From: an uncultured Lentisphaerales bacterium
GTDB lineage: Bacteria; Verrucomicrobiota; Lentisphaeria; JABSQK01; UBA12247
DNA length: 64,000 nucleotides
Direction: 5' to 3'
Assembly: GCA_943788985.1 (NCBI GenBank)
Contig: CALSSJ010000012.1
Span: forward strand, 64,001-128,000
Shown here: positions 31,272-41,116 of the stretch, in pieces
How the letters are laid out: each line of letters begins with the position of its first letter
How positions within the stretch are numbered: the first letter of the stretch is position 1
Program-made: the position numbers and the translations under genes
The notes under the pieces: model-generated
What the model was told of the DNA's origin: nothing
The model's input: the letters and a program-made list of their open reading frames with translations, nothing else
Databases searched by the model: none

Positions 31272-32371
31272 GTTCGCAGCTCGTAGCGGCGACCAGGCAA
31301 CTGCAGCGCCACCTTTTTGATCTCGAGCATTAATAGGGTCGAGAGTGCTTCATGGGGGGGCAGGCCAGATTGCACCACCAAGTCATCGGCGCCGATCGGG
31401 CCCTTCTGTAGTAGATTTACCAAAGTCTGCTCCGCTTCGTTTAGCTCCGGCAAAAGCCGTGGCTCATGTTGGTTGGGCGTAATCGTCAACAGCATGCCAA
31501 GGGCATCACTGATGTCTCCAAAGTTTTCCACCAGCGTGGCGCCGTCTCGCAGCAATTTGTGGCAGCCCGAGGATTGGGGCGAGGTGATCGGGCCTGGAAC
31601 GGCAAACACATGACGGCCAAGATCCAGCGCTTGATTAGCCGTGATCAATGAGCCGCTCTTGTGCCCAGCTTCCACCACCACGGTGCCCAGGGAAAGAGCC
31701 GCGATAATTCGATTGCGCATCGGAAAGGTCTGCCGATCGGGTTTGCGCTGAAGTGGAAATTCGCTAATCACCGCACCGCCGCTGGTGCAGATTTTCCGCG
31801 CCAGGTCGACATTTTCAGACGGGTAAAGGCTGGCCAGGCCGCTGCCAATCACGGCGACCGTACGGCCGCCGCCTTTGACCACGGCGCGATGTGCGCCGGT
31901 ATCGACGCCGACGGCCAGCCCGGAGACCACACACCAACCAGCCGCTGCGGCCGCGCTGGCGAGCCTGTCCGTGACTGTTACGCCATAGTGTGTCACATGG
32001 CGCGAGCCGACAAAGGCGATCGATAACTTGTTGCACATCTCCAGCGCCTTACGATCTCCGCTCAGGTAGAGACACAGCGGTGGATCGTAGAGGTCAGTTA
32101 GCATTGGCGGATAGTCATCGTCTGCCGCCGTGATGATTGTGACCCCAGACTGTTCAGCAGCCCGAATCTCGGCGACCGGATCGACCTGGCGCTGCCAGTT
32201 GGCGATGGAGGCAGCGGCCGGGGCGCGCACTCCGGGGACGCGCTTGAGCTCGGCGAGTGACGAGATCAGAATGCGTTGCGGGTTGCCAAAGTGCTCCAAC
32301 AAGTGCCGGACGGTGACAGGCCCAACCTTGGGCAGCATGTTAAGCGTGACGTAGGCTTCCTGTTCAGTCAC
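31268..32371 (-). CDS. dprA: DNA-processing protein DprA
   Basis: VGSR, VSGLAVGVD, FPMRNRIIA, SGSLITA, FAVPG; GTG start overlapping the aroB stop. Confidence 0.95.
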   Translation of the reverse strand: MTEQEAYVTLNMLPKVGPVTVRHLLEHFGNPQRILISSLAELKRVPGVRAPAAASIANWQRQVDPVAEIRAAEQSGVTIITAADDDYPPMLTDLYDPPLCLYLSGDRKALEMCNKLSIAFVGSRHVTHYGVTVTDRLASAAAAAGWCVVSGLAVGVDTGAHRAVVKGGGRTVAVIGSGLASLYPSENVDLARKICTSGGAVISEFPLQRKPDRQTFPMRNRIIAALSLGTVVVEAGHKSGSLITANQALDLGRHVFAVPGPITSPQSSGCHKLLRDGATLVENFGDISDALGMLLTITPNQHEPRLLPELNEAEQTLVNLLQKGPIGADDLVVQSGLPPHEALSTLLMLEIKKVALQLPGRRYELRT

Positions 32372-33475
32372 AACGGTTCCGAATGGCTTCGAGGATGGGG
32401 GCGCTGGGCACATCTGGTTGCATGTGAACCGTACCGATGCCGTCGGGGGACGATCAGGCGATTCTTGCCTTGCTCATACTTCTTATCCTGCTGCATAGCC
32501 GCCAGAATTTGCTCCGGGGCACCGTCGCTGCGTTTGCAGCGAGTAGGGAGCCCGAGAGCTGCGAACAGCGCATCCTGGCGGGGTGCGGAGTTCGCGACGC
32601 GCCTCTGTGGCGTCGACCAGAATAGCGAGGTCGGCCGCCATGGCCATGCCAATTGCGATCGCTTCGCCATGGGTGTAGAGGCGGTAGCCGGTGATTTTCT
32701 CCAGCGCGTGGCCGAAGGTGTGGCCGTAGTTCAGGATCGCTCGCAGTCCATTGTCGAACTCATCTTCCAGCACCACATCCGCCTTCAACTCGCAGCAACG
32801 CTGAATCACCGCCATACAGGTTTCGGCGTCGCGAGCGAGCAACTGTGGCACGATGGTCTCGAGCTTTGCGAACAGCGCAGCGTCCAAAATTACGCCGTAC
32901 TTCACGACTTCGGCCAGGCCGCAGCGCAGCTGGCGATCGTCCAAGGTGCGCAGAGTCAGCGGGTCGATCATCACCAGCTTGGGCTGATGAAAGGCGCCGA
33001 TGAGATTCTTGCCCTCGGGCAAATCGACTGCGGTCTTGCCACCGATGCTGCTATCCACATGCGCGACCAGGGAGGTCGACATCTGGATGTAGTCGATGCC
33101 GCGCATGTAGCTGGCTGCCAGAAAGCCAGCAGTATCCGCCCGACGACGCCGCCGCCGAGCGCGATCACGACTGACTTACGGTCTAGTCCTGCCTCGACCG
33201 CGGCGCTATACAGGCCACAGAGGGTGGAGTGGGTCTTTGATTCTTCGCCAGCTGGAAAAATAGTCTGTGTGACGGAGTCGGCGCCAGCTGCTTGGAGCAT
33301 GCGGGTTGCGGACTCCGCATAGAGCGGTGCAACGGTACTATCGGAGACAATGAAGCACGCTCGTCCGCTGACATGGGGGCCGAGTGCAGGGCATGCGGAC
33401 TCCGCAAAAAAACGTGTCCTGAATGACGATATCGTACGCGCGATTGTAAATCGGGATGGGAATGGTTCGCATCAT
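32364..33475 (-). CDS. aroB: 3-dehydroquinate synthase, broken by about four frameshifts
   Basis: GEESK, LGGGVVG, VDSSIGGKT, GKNLIGAFHQP, LNYGHTFGHA, DKK spread across frames; indels near 33410 (A7 run), 33140, 32600, 32445. Confidence 0.92.
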
Positions 33476-33506
33476 AGCCTACTGTACATGGGAGCGGTAA
33501 GGGCAA

Positions 33507-33534
33507 ACCATAGCAGGTTGCGGGTTCACGCCAA
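33507..33534 (-). promoter_or_regulatory. Candidate promoter TTGGCG-N16-TATGGT (extended TGn) for aroB-dprA-rsmI
   Basis: Hexamer match about 31 bp upstream of the aroB start. Confidence 0.55.
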
Positions 33535-33574
33535 TCACTTGAGCATGGATACGGGAATGAACGGGAGTAAGGAG

Positions 33575-34445
33575 ATGGCGCAGCGTTTGCTGTTGACGGG
33601 GGCTTCGGGTTTTTTTGGGATCTGCGTGCCGCGCGGCATGGGCCGATGCGTACACGATCATTCCGCTTTGTTCGCGGCGTACGCTGAGTCGGCCGGGGCT
33701 GCTGCCGTGTGATATCACCGACTATGGTGAGGTGAAGGCGGTGCTGGCCGAGCACCGGCCAGACTGCGTGGTGCATCTGGCTGCGATTCGCGATGCTAAT
33801 CTGTGCCAGAAGCAGCCGCTTGCGGCGGCGCGGGGTGAACACACAGGCGACGGGGGATCTCGCCGGACTTTGCGCAGATCGCCATCTTCCGTTTGTATTT
33901 ACCTCGACGGATCTGGTCTTTGACGGTCGCGAGGCGCCGTATTCGGAGGCGGACAGTGTGAATCCGCTGAGTGCGTACGGCGAGCAGAAGGCGCTGGCGG
34001 AAGAGCTGGTGCGGGCACGGTGGCCAGCGGCTGTGATCGCCAGATTGCCGTTGCTGTTTGGGCCGGTAGGGGAGGGGACAGAGAATTACGCGGCCTCGTT
34101 CCTCGCGGCGTTGGGAGCGGGACAACCGCAGCGCCTTTTTGTGGACGAGTTTCGTACGCCACTATCTGGCACAGATGCCGCGGATGGGGTGGCGCATTGC
34201 GCTCGAAAGTGGCCACGCGGGACTACTGCATCTCGGTGGGGGCTGAGCGGGTGTCGCGCTATGAATTTGGCCAGGCAATCTGCCGGGCGGCAGGAGTTGC
34301 GGACTCCGCATTGGAGCCGATCCACCAGGTCGATTTGACGATGGCTGCACCTCGGCCGCAGGATGTCTCGCTGTCGAGTGAGTTGGCAGGAGCGCTTGGT
34401 TTCGAGCCTCGGGCGCTGGCCGCGGCTCTGCAGGACCTGGCATGA
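33575..34445 (+). CDS. RmlD-like SDR (dTDP-4-dehydrorhamnose reductase family), frameshifted
   Basis: LLTGASGF, VHLAA, STDLVFDG, YGEQK, FVDEFRTP, APRP in successive frames. Confidence 0.85.
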
Positions 34446-34736
34446 TGAGCTACGGCTTGGTGGTAGGCGTGACTTGCGTCTGCCTGTTCGTAGTGGCTCG
34501 CGCTGGCTTGGCGACCGGGACTCGCGTGGCGCTTGGCATGCTGCCTTTTGCGGCGGCTATGGGCCTGGCAATTATGTTGCTGTTCGGAGAGAGCGAGGTG
34601 CGCGCCCCCGGGGAGCGGCGTGACTGCGGTTGAGAAGACCGCAGATCTTCACCACACCGCCACTGGCGTGGTCTTGCTGGGGACTGTCTGTACCTTTCTC
34701 TGCCTGGGACTCGGCTATCGCCAAGATGGCAGCTAG
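34442..34736 (+). CDS. Small membrane protein, probably frameshifted
   Basis: Hydrophobic segments in two adjacent frames; ATGA overlap with the upstream gene. Confidence 0.4.
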
Positions 34737-34781
34737 CAGTCTGTCGGACTTACGGGGATCTTGGCGAAAATTGGAGCGAAT

Positions 34782-34850
34782 CGATCAGAATTGCGCAATT
34801 GTCGGGCGAGTATTGAATATACTTAACAAAAATTGCGCAAGAAATGATCG
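34782..34850. repeat. AT-rich imperfect inverted repeat between convergent genes
   Basis: CGATCA..AATTGCGCAATT ... AGTAT/ATACT ... AATTGCGCAA..TGATCG. Confidence 0.55.
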
Positions 34851-34895
34851 AAATCGCTCAGGTTTGCAGCCGATCATCCTAAGTCCGACAGGCAG

Positions 34896-35630
34896 CTAGG
34901 CTAGGGCGTGGGCGAGGCCATGAATTCCGGTGTCGAGCGAGAAGAAGTTCTCGTGGCCCTGTTCGCGCAGCCAGAGCGTGAGATTGCGGCTGCGAATGCC
35001 TTTGGCACAGGCGAGCAGGAAGGGCCGATCAGCGGGGAGCTGCAGGTAGATGTCGGGCTCGGACATGGGCAGGTTGGGGACTGCATGCACCCAGGCTGGA
35101 TCGCCGAGCCGCTCCATGGGCTCACGAATGTCGATCAGGGTGTAGGCGGCTAGCTGAGTGAGACCGAGATGGGCAGCATGCACCTGCCATGCATCGTGGG
35201 CGTACTGCTGATGACCACAGGCGCAGTTGACCCACTCAGCAGGGCCGTCGGCATAGAACTCTTTCTTCCAGATGGGAACATGCGCTTTGACCTCGTCGAT
35301 CACCCAGCGGCAGGCTGCAAAGGCTTCCTGGCGATGCGCGGCCAGGGCGCCAATCCAGATGGCAGCATCGCCAATGGCAAGCTCGCCGATGCGATGGATG
35401 GTGCGAACTCCGCAAAGCGAAAAGCGTTTGCTGGCTTCGGCCAGAATTCGGTCGCCTTCTGATTCGGCGAGTTTGTCGTATGCTTCGTAGGTGAGGGACA
35501 GCACCTCGCGGCCAAGGTGATTGTCGCGCACGCGCCCTTCGAAGGTGCTCAGGCCGCCAGCTGCGGAGTTCGCAAGGGCAGCGGATAACTCGCCGCATGG
35601 GATTGGCTCTCGAGTCAAGGAAAAGGGCAT
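34896..35630 (-). CDS. moaE: Molybdopterin synthase large subunit fused to a rhodanese domain
   Basis: FEGRVR, YEAY, HRIGEL, AHRQEAF, VPIWKKE; then LIDIREP..E, CAKGIRS, SLDTGI. Confidence 0.9.
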   Translation of the reverse strand: MPFSLTREPIPCGELSAALANSAAGGLSTFEGRVRDNHLGREVLSLTYEAYDKLAESEGDRILAEASKRFSLCGVRTIHRIGELAIGDAAIWIGALAAHRQEAFAACRWVIDEVKAHVPIWKKEFYADGPAEWVNCACGHQQYAHDAWQVHAAHLGLTQLAAYTLIDIREPMERLGDPAWVHAVPNLPMSEPDIYLQLPADRPFLLACAKGIRSRNLTLWLREQGHENFFSLDTGIHGLAHALA

Positions 35631-35631
35631 G

Positions 35632-35871
35632 TCAGCCTCCGGCCAATGGCGGGATCAGGGCGAGGGTGCAAGCTGCGGGTAGTGCGGAGTCTGCAGGCTG
35701 GTACTGGCCATTTACGGCAAAGCGCACACGATCCAACGGCAGTGAGAAGCCGTAGCGATGGCTGACTTCTTGATAGGCGGCGGCGGGCGTGGCGGCGCTG
35801 AGTTCGAGAGTTTCTTGATCTTTGCCAGTCTGCTCACGAAACAGGGCGAAGTAACGGATGGTGACGGTCAC
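35632..35871 (-). CDS. moaD: MoaD/ThiS sulfur carrier
   Basis: YFALFRE, FAVN, C-terminal IPPLAGG. Confidence 0.92.
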   Translation of the reverse strand: MTVTIRYFALFREQTGKDQETLELSAATPAAAYQEVSHRYGFSLPLDRVRFAVNGQYQPADSALPAACTLALIPPLAGG

Positions 35872-36347
35872 TGGGCGCTGACGGCCAAGACACCGTTGCT
35901 TAAGATCCGGGCGCGCAGTCCGCCACGAGCTCTCAGTGCGTCCTCGGTACCTTCGGCGAAGACTTGATTCATCCAGTAGCAGGGGCTGCATTCTTCCATG
36001 CCGAAGAAGGTGATGCCTTGCAGGACAAACTCCTTGCCGATCAGATCACTGAGGTCAACCCCGTCGAGGATGACGTTGCGCCGAAAGACGGCGGGCTCTT
36101 TGTCGGTGACGTGGAAGGTCTCACACAGTTCTTGGTAGACCCGCAGATCGAAGAAGGTGATCTGGCCTTTGAACTCGTCCTTGAACCCAAAAAAGCGGTC
36201 GCCCACGAGGCCTTTACCGGCGACGCATTCGACCTCCTGTACTTCGTTTTCGTGGTGGCTCAGTGCGGTGAGACCGTGCCGGCCCTTAAAGTTGTGACCG
36301 GGGGAGACGTAAATGTGACGAATGCAAGAATCAGGCAAGTCTGCCAT
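35868..36347 (-). CDS. MOSC domain protein
   Basis: GLVGDRF, QIT, FRRNV, CSPCYWM, RGGLRARIL. Confidence 0.9.
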   Translation of the reverse strand: MADLPDSCIRHIYVSPGHNFKGRHGLTALSHHENEVQEVECVAGKGLVGDRFFGFKDEFKGQITFFDLRVYQELCETFHVTDKEPAVFRRNVILDGVDLSDLIGKEFVLQGITFFGMEECSPCYWMNQVFAEGTEDALRARGGLRARILSNGVLAVSAQ

Positions 36348-36358
36348 GGGGGCTCTCC

Positions 36359-36637
36359 TTAGCGTTCGTCGAACAGTTCTTCGTCCAACTCCATGCCTGG
36401 GGCTGCCATAGTCGCCATTTCGACCATAGAGAGCACGGGCGTGCTGAGGTTTGCGATGATCTCGGAGCGTACACAGCGTTCCTGGGGATCTTTGGTCTTC
36501 TCTAGGGTGCGGAGCTCTTCGAGTAGCTCTTTTGCGAGGCGATCCATGATCTCGTCCATCTGGTCCATGCGGTCATTCTCCAAGGTCCTTTCGGTTTCTT
36601 CCGCGGGTACCATACATGACGCGTCAAAATTGGTCAT
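36359..36637 (-). CDS. Small acidic hypothetical protein
   Basis: Fills the gap in a co-directional operon; start trimmed to MTNFD. Confidence 0.5.
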   Translation of the reverse strand: MTNFDASCMVPAEETERTLENDRMDQMDEIMDRLAKELLEELRTLEKTKDPQERCVRSEIIANLSTPVLSMVEMATMAAPGMELDEELFDER

Positions 36638-37890
36638 AAGTTTGATCCTGAATGATTGCTGAAATGTGCCGCGCGTAGGCTTCCGGCTGCCAGGCTTGAC
36701 GGGCGAGGATGCGAAAGAGTGGCGTGCGCAGGACTGCCATGCGGCCGAATGAGTGGTCGATCGCGGAAATGCCGAACTGGATGTCGGCGTCGTTAATCTC
36801 GGTTTTGCGGAGTTCGCAAAGCGCGCGCCATCTGGCGGCACCGACAATGAGCGGCACTGTCAGGGCTACGGAGCGCAGGCCTTCGAAAAATTCCAGGCCG
36901 AAGTTTGCCGAACCGTAGAACTGCTGGGTTTGGAGCCTGACTTTTAGCAGGCGAACGATGCGTGCTGCGGACTCAGCAGGCGGCGCTGCTGCCGGCTCGC
37001 CGAGGAGCTGTAGATGACCAATGATTCCGTCGGGGTAGTCCTTGTCCAGTTCGCGCAGGTTTCCTTTGCCGAGGGTGAGCTTGCGCAGGGCGTTTGCATT
37101 GCGGATACGCGCCGGTAGACCGCCGCCAATGAGCGCTTCGTCACGCCGTAAGTAGGTGGTAAGTAGAGACATGTAACGCCATTTCTCGACGATGTTCTGC
37201 TTGCGCAGTCTGAGCTCAGGGACGTCGGTGAGGACGCGCGTGAAGAAGGTCTCGAGGACCTCGTCTCGGATTGGCTTATCGTTCAGAAAGATCGCGCCTA
37301 GACACTCGAGGCGCGAGGCGGCGAGGTTGAGCGCGATGGCTTTCTGGCGGAGCGGCACATCGGCGTCGAGGATGCCCGCGCTGAGTGCAGCCAAGACGAC
37401 ATGAACGGTGTCGGGCGTGAGGGTAGAGGCGTCTTCCTTGGAGGGCACGGGCAATTCAGGCATGCTGCGCAGGAGCTTTTCGGCGTCTTTGCGGGAGGCG
37501 CTGAGCAGCGGGCCGGTTTCTGCGACGACGGCCGGGCAGTCGGCGCGAGCGGAGAGGGCGTGCTGGCCGGATGCGAGCCGGGAAAACTGCAGGGGGTAGA
37601 GCCGACAGCCCAGCGGCTTGGCATCGGCCCCGTGCTTGGCGTGGATCCGGCAGTTGCCAGCGGCGGTGTCGAAGTAGGCGCAGGTGCCGTCCGGACGATG
37701 CGAGACAAAGGTCTTGGCCTTGGAACCGAAAGACGGGCTTCGCCGGTGGATGATCCCCGTCATCCCAGCGGAGAGCCCGCAGCTCGGTGGCCTCTTCCGC
37801 TGTGACTTCGACGTGCCAGTCCCTGCAGCACTTTCCACAGTCGGTGCAGTGGTAGTGCTGGTCGGCAGCAATGATTTTGGGGCTGGCCAT
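36624..37890 (-). CDS. YkgJ/CxxCxxCC cysteine-cluster protein (FliB-like), one frameshift near 37715
   Basis: CTDCGKCC in one frame, then GTCAYFD..CRIH..KPLGCRLYP..DCP in the next. Confidence 0.8.
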
Positions 37891-37896
37891 AGAGAG

Positions 37897-39894
37897 TTAG
37901 CCGTGGCAAAGCCAGTGGTGTTCTGCTGGCGTGAGGGGAACGGTGAGGTTGCCGAGCGAGGAGCGAAGCTCTGAAAGGGTGCGAGGGCCGAAGAGGGAGA
38001 ACGCGGGGAATGGCTGATCGAGCACCCAGGCTCCGGCGATGTTAATCGCGAGGCAGCCTTTGGCTTGGGCCAGCTCTGTGGCGCGTTCGAGCCGGGCGAA
38101 GTTGTCGTCGCTGTACCAGCAACGCGCTAGCTGGCGGTCGTCCAGCTTGTCTGGGGCGGAGCGACCGGGGGCGAAGAAGCCACGGGCCTGACTGGACCAG
38201 GCAAAAAGGGCGATCTGCTGTTCGGCGAGCCAGTCGCGGTCTTGCTGGGCGTGGACGTGGACACACCCGCCCCAGACCGGATCGACCATGCGGGCCAGGC
38301 TGAGGTTGTTGCTGATCGCGCCAAAGCCGCGCTTGCCATTGGCCGCCGCGTAGGCGTTGGCCTCGGCGACGCGTTGGAGTGACCAATTTGAACCGCCGAA
38401 GATGCCACGAATCAGGTCCTGATCATAGAGCGCATTGAGGGCGTCCACAAACTCGCCCACGGGGATGTCGAGGTTATCACGGTGCATGAAGTAGACGTCG
38501 GCGTAATCCAGTTGCAGGCGGTCCAGCGAGATGGCGAGTTCCTCGCCGATCTTGTGGGGAAGGCAATTGGGCGTGTGGGCTCCCTTGGAGATGATGACGA
38601 GTTCATCGCGGATAGCGCGCGTCTTGATCCACTCGCCGAGGAGTTTCTCTTGGTTTCCGCCGCCGTAAACAAAGGCGGTGTCGAAGGCGTTTCCGCCGGA
38701 TTCGAAGAAGAGGTCGTTCAGGACGAAGGTGTGCGGAATGGTCTGCTGGTTGTCGTAGCCAAGGACCAATTTGGAGACTGGCTTGGCGAGGCCGGGGATG
38801 CTCTGGCACGGAATGCGCTTTGCCCTGCACGCCAGTGGTCTGGCGGCGACGGTGAGCGGGCGGCCCTCTGGCTTGTCGGCAGCGTAAGTCAGGCCGATCT
38901 CTCGACGCCAGGCATCGAGGGTCTGTGCATTCCCTAGGGAGTCGGCCCAGCTCATGGCAGGGGAGGGGGCCTGGCGATCGGCGATGTGAGTGCCAACCAT
39001 GTCGGCCTCAAGCGCGTATAGATAGTCAGGCGTATCGACTTCCAGAGTTTCGCTCTGACCGCCTGCTGCAACTTCCAGGGTGCCGACGCCGCCTTCTTTG
39101 CCCGCGCCGAACCAGGGGGAGCAAATCTTGATCCGCCCTTCGCTGCCATAGATGACAACTTCGTTCTCCAGTCCTAGACGGACGCTGGTGGTGACTTGGG
39201 CGACGATACCGCCGGGGAATTGCAGCAGCGCGGCTGCGTACTCATCGACGTCGGTTTCGCCCACATGGCCGACGGCCTTGACGGAGATGGGATCAGCAAA
39301 GCCCTGGCCCGTGGCAGCGCCAGCGATTAGACGCGCCATTGAGACGGGATAGCAGCCGACGTCAAGAATGCCACCGCCGCCCAGTTCGTTATCTAGCAGG
39401 CGACTTTTGGGGGTCCAGCCGACGCGGAACCCAAACTCGGCACGGATCAAAGTTACGTCGCCAATGCGCCCGTCTTTGATGAGCTCGATGACGGTGGCAA
39501 TCTGGGGCTGGCAGCGATACATGAAGGCTTCCATCAGAAATACGTCATGAGTGGCAGCTGCGTCGATGACGGCCATGACATCGGCCTCGGTCATCGCCAG
39601 CGGCTTCTCGCAGAGGATGTGCTTTCCGGCTTCGGCTGCTTTGATGGCCCATTGGGCGTGCAAGGGATGGGGCGTGGCGATGTAGACAGCGTCCACCTCT
39701 GGGTCGGTCAGGAGGGCCTCGTAGCTGCCATGCGCAGTGGGAATGTCAAAGCTCTCGCAGAAGGCCAGCGCCTTTTCCAGGTTGCGGCTAGCGGCGGCTT
39801 GGAGCACGCCGGTCTTGGAATGTTGCACGCCAGTGGCGAATGTGCGGGCTATATTTCCGGTAGCCAGAAGGCCCCAACGTATGCGGGTGGTCAT
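37897..39894 (-). CDS. Gfo/Idh/MocA oxidoreductase fused to an aldo/keto reductase
   Basis: YIATPH, CEKP, GGGILDVGCY; then FDTAFVYG, SLDRLQLDYAD, HRD, GGSNW, WSSQARG. Confidence 0.92.
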   Translation of the reverse strand: MTTRIRWGLLATGNIARTFATGVQHSKTGVLQAAASRNLEKALAFCESFDIPTAHGSYEALLTDPEVDAVYIATPHPLHAQWAIKAAEAGKHILCEKPLAMTEADVMAVIDAAATHDVFLMEAFMYRCQPQIATVIELIKDGRIGDVTLIRAEFGFRVGWTPKSRLLDNELGGGGILDVGCYPVSMARLIAGAATGQGFADPISVKAVGHVGETDVDEYAAALLQFPGGIVAQVTTSVRLGLENEVVIYGSEGRIKICSPWFGAGKEGGVGTLEVAAGGQSETLEVDTPDYLYALEADMVGTHIADRQAPSPAMSWADSLGNAQTLDAWRREIGLTYAADKPEGRPLTVAARPLACRAKRIPCQSIPGLAKPVSKLVLGYDNQQTIPHTFVLNDLFFESGGNAFDTAFVYGGGNQEKLLGEWIKTRAIRDELVIISKGAHTPNCLPHKIGEELAISLDRLQLDYADVYFMHRDNLDIPVGEFVDALNALYDQDLIRGIFGGSNWSLQRVAEANAYAAANGKRGFGAISNNLSLARMVDPVWGGCVHVHAQQDRDWLAEQQIALFAWSSQARGFFAPGRSAPDKLDDRQLARCWYSDDNFARLERATELAQAKGCLAINIAGAWVLDQPFPAFSLFGPRTLSELRSSLGNLTVPLTPAEHHWLCHG

Positions 39895-40004
39895 CAGGAT
39901 TGGTCCGATTGCGGTGTATGAACGTTGCTTCGGGACTGTGTTGCTGCGCTCTCAAAGCGCAAGCGCTGCGGAGCCTGTCCCACCAAAGCGTCAGGTTGCG
40001 GACG

Positions 40005-40032
40005 TTGACGGCAATCGTTCGGAGCCTATAGT
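40005..40032 (+). promoter_or_regulatory. Candidate promoter TTGACG-N16-TATAGT; possibly leaderless LacI mRNA
   Basis: Near-consensus hexamers ending 6 nt before ATG 40039; no SD seen. Confidence 0.65.
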
Positions 40033-40038
40033 GTTACT

Positions 40039-41094
40039 ATGAACATGCGCACTACCACCGCCTCGTCCGCCGCATCGGTAAGCTTGGCCGATATCGCCGA
40101 AAAGGTGGGGGTTTCTCGGCATACTGTGGGGCGGGTTTTGGGCGATAAGCCGCACTTGCATGCAGATGGCACTGTAGAACGGATTCGCCGGATTGCCGAT
40201 GAGATGGGGTATCGGCCCAATTTGCTGGCCCGCAGTGTGCGTTCAGGGCGAACGATGACAGCGGGGATCATGCTGGATCTGCAACACGACAGTTACAGCT
40301 GCGATCTCCTGCAGGGGATGCACGACGGACTACTCAGCAGTGGCTATACGCCGCTGACCCTAGTGGGCGCGCGCGACAGCACTGAAGTAGAGCAGGTGTA
40401 TCGGTTAATGGATCGTCGCGTGGACGGACTACTCGTACGCCCCTTCTCTGTGAAGATGTCCGAGGATTACGTGCATGAAGCCTGTGAGCGCTCGATTCCG
40501 ACTGTGATTGTGAATTCCCCGTTGGATAGCATTGGGGATTTGGATTTCTGCGGGACCGATGACGTCGGTGGCGGGCGTAAGGCAGCGAGGCATCTGCTTG
40601 ATCTTGGCCATCGCCGTATCCTGCACCTGACCTATCTGCACCAGTGTACCGATGTGTTGTCCCGAGAGGAAGGGTTTCGCCTCGAGCTTGAGGCTGTCGC
40701 CGGGACCAGTTGCCTGACGGTGCACGGCTGCGTGAGCAAGCCGACCGAGACTGAGAATGCATTGCGAGAGCTGCTGACAGGGCCAGATCGTTACACCGCT
40801 GTTTTTGTGGCGGGAGATGGACTGGCAGAGGTGGTCTATCTAGCTGCGCATCGCATTGGAATTCGAATTCCGGAAGAGTTGTCCGTAATCGGATTCTGCG
40901 ATCTTGCTCAAGCTAGATACATGATTCCACCGCTTACGACAATGCGGCAAGATGGGTATGGCATCGGCAAGCGCGCAGCGATGATGTTGTTCGACCGCAT
41001 GAGTGGCGGGGCCAAGGACGGTGAGGCCGTGAGCGTGCGGCTCCGCACTGAGATGATCGTCCGTGAGAGCACCGCGCCGCCCTCTGGTTCCTGA
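40039..41094 (+). CDS. LacI family transcriptional regulator
   Basis: LADIAEKVGVSRHTV, YRPNLLARSV, IPEELSVIGF, PPLTT, VREST. Confidence 0.95.
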   Translation: MNMRTTTASSAASVSLADIAEKVGVSRHTVGRVLGDKPHLHADGTVERIRRIADEMGYRPNLLARSVRSGRTMTAGIMLDLQHDSYSCDLLQGMHDGLLSSGYTPLTLVGARDSTEVEQVYRLMDRRVDGLLVRPFSVKMSEDYVHEACERSIPTVIVNSPLDSIGDLDFCGTDDVGGGRKAARHLLDLGHRRILHLTYLHQCTDVLSREEGFRLELEAVAGTSCLTVHGCVSKPTETENALRELLTGPDRYTAVFVAGDGLAEVVYLAAHRIGIRIPEELSVIGFCDLAQARYMIPPLTTMRQDGYGIGKRAAMMLFDRMSGGAKDGEAVSVRLRTEMIVRESTAPPSGS

Positions 41095-41116
41095 GGAGCG
41101 GGTTCCATTAGTTGTG

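Noticed and set aside
32364..33475. Programmed frameshifting or phase variation in aroB
   Set aside because: About four independent indels in a housekeeping gene, with neighbours affected too, fit read error better
34782..34850. dif/Xer site
   Set aside because: No XerD-arm TTATGTTAAA or 11-6-11 layout
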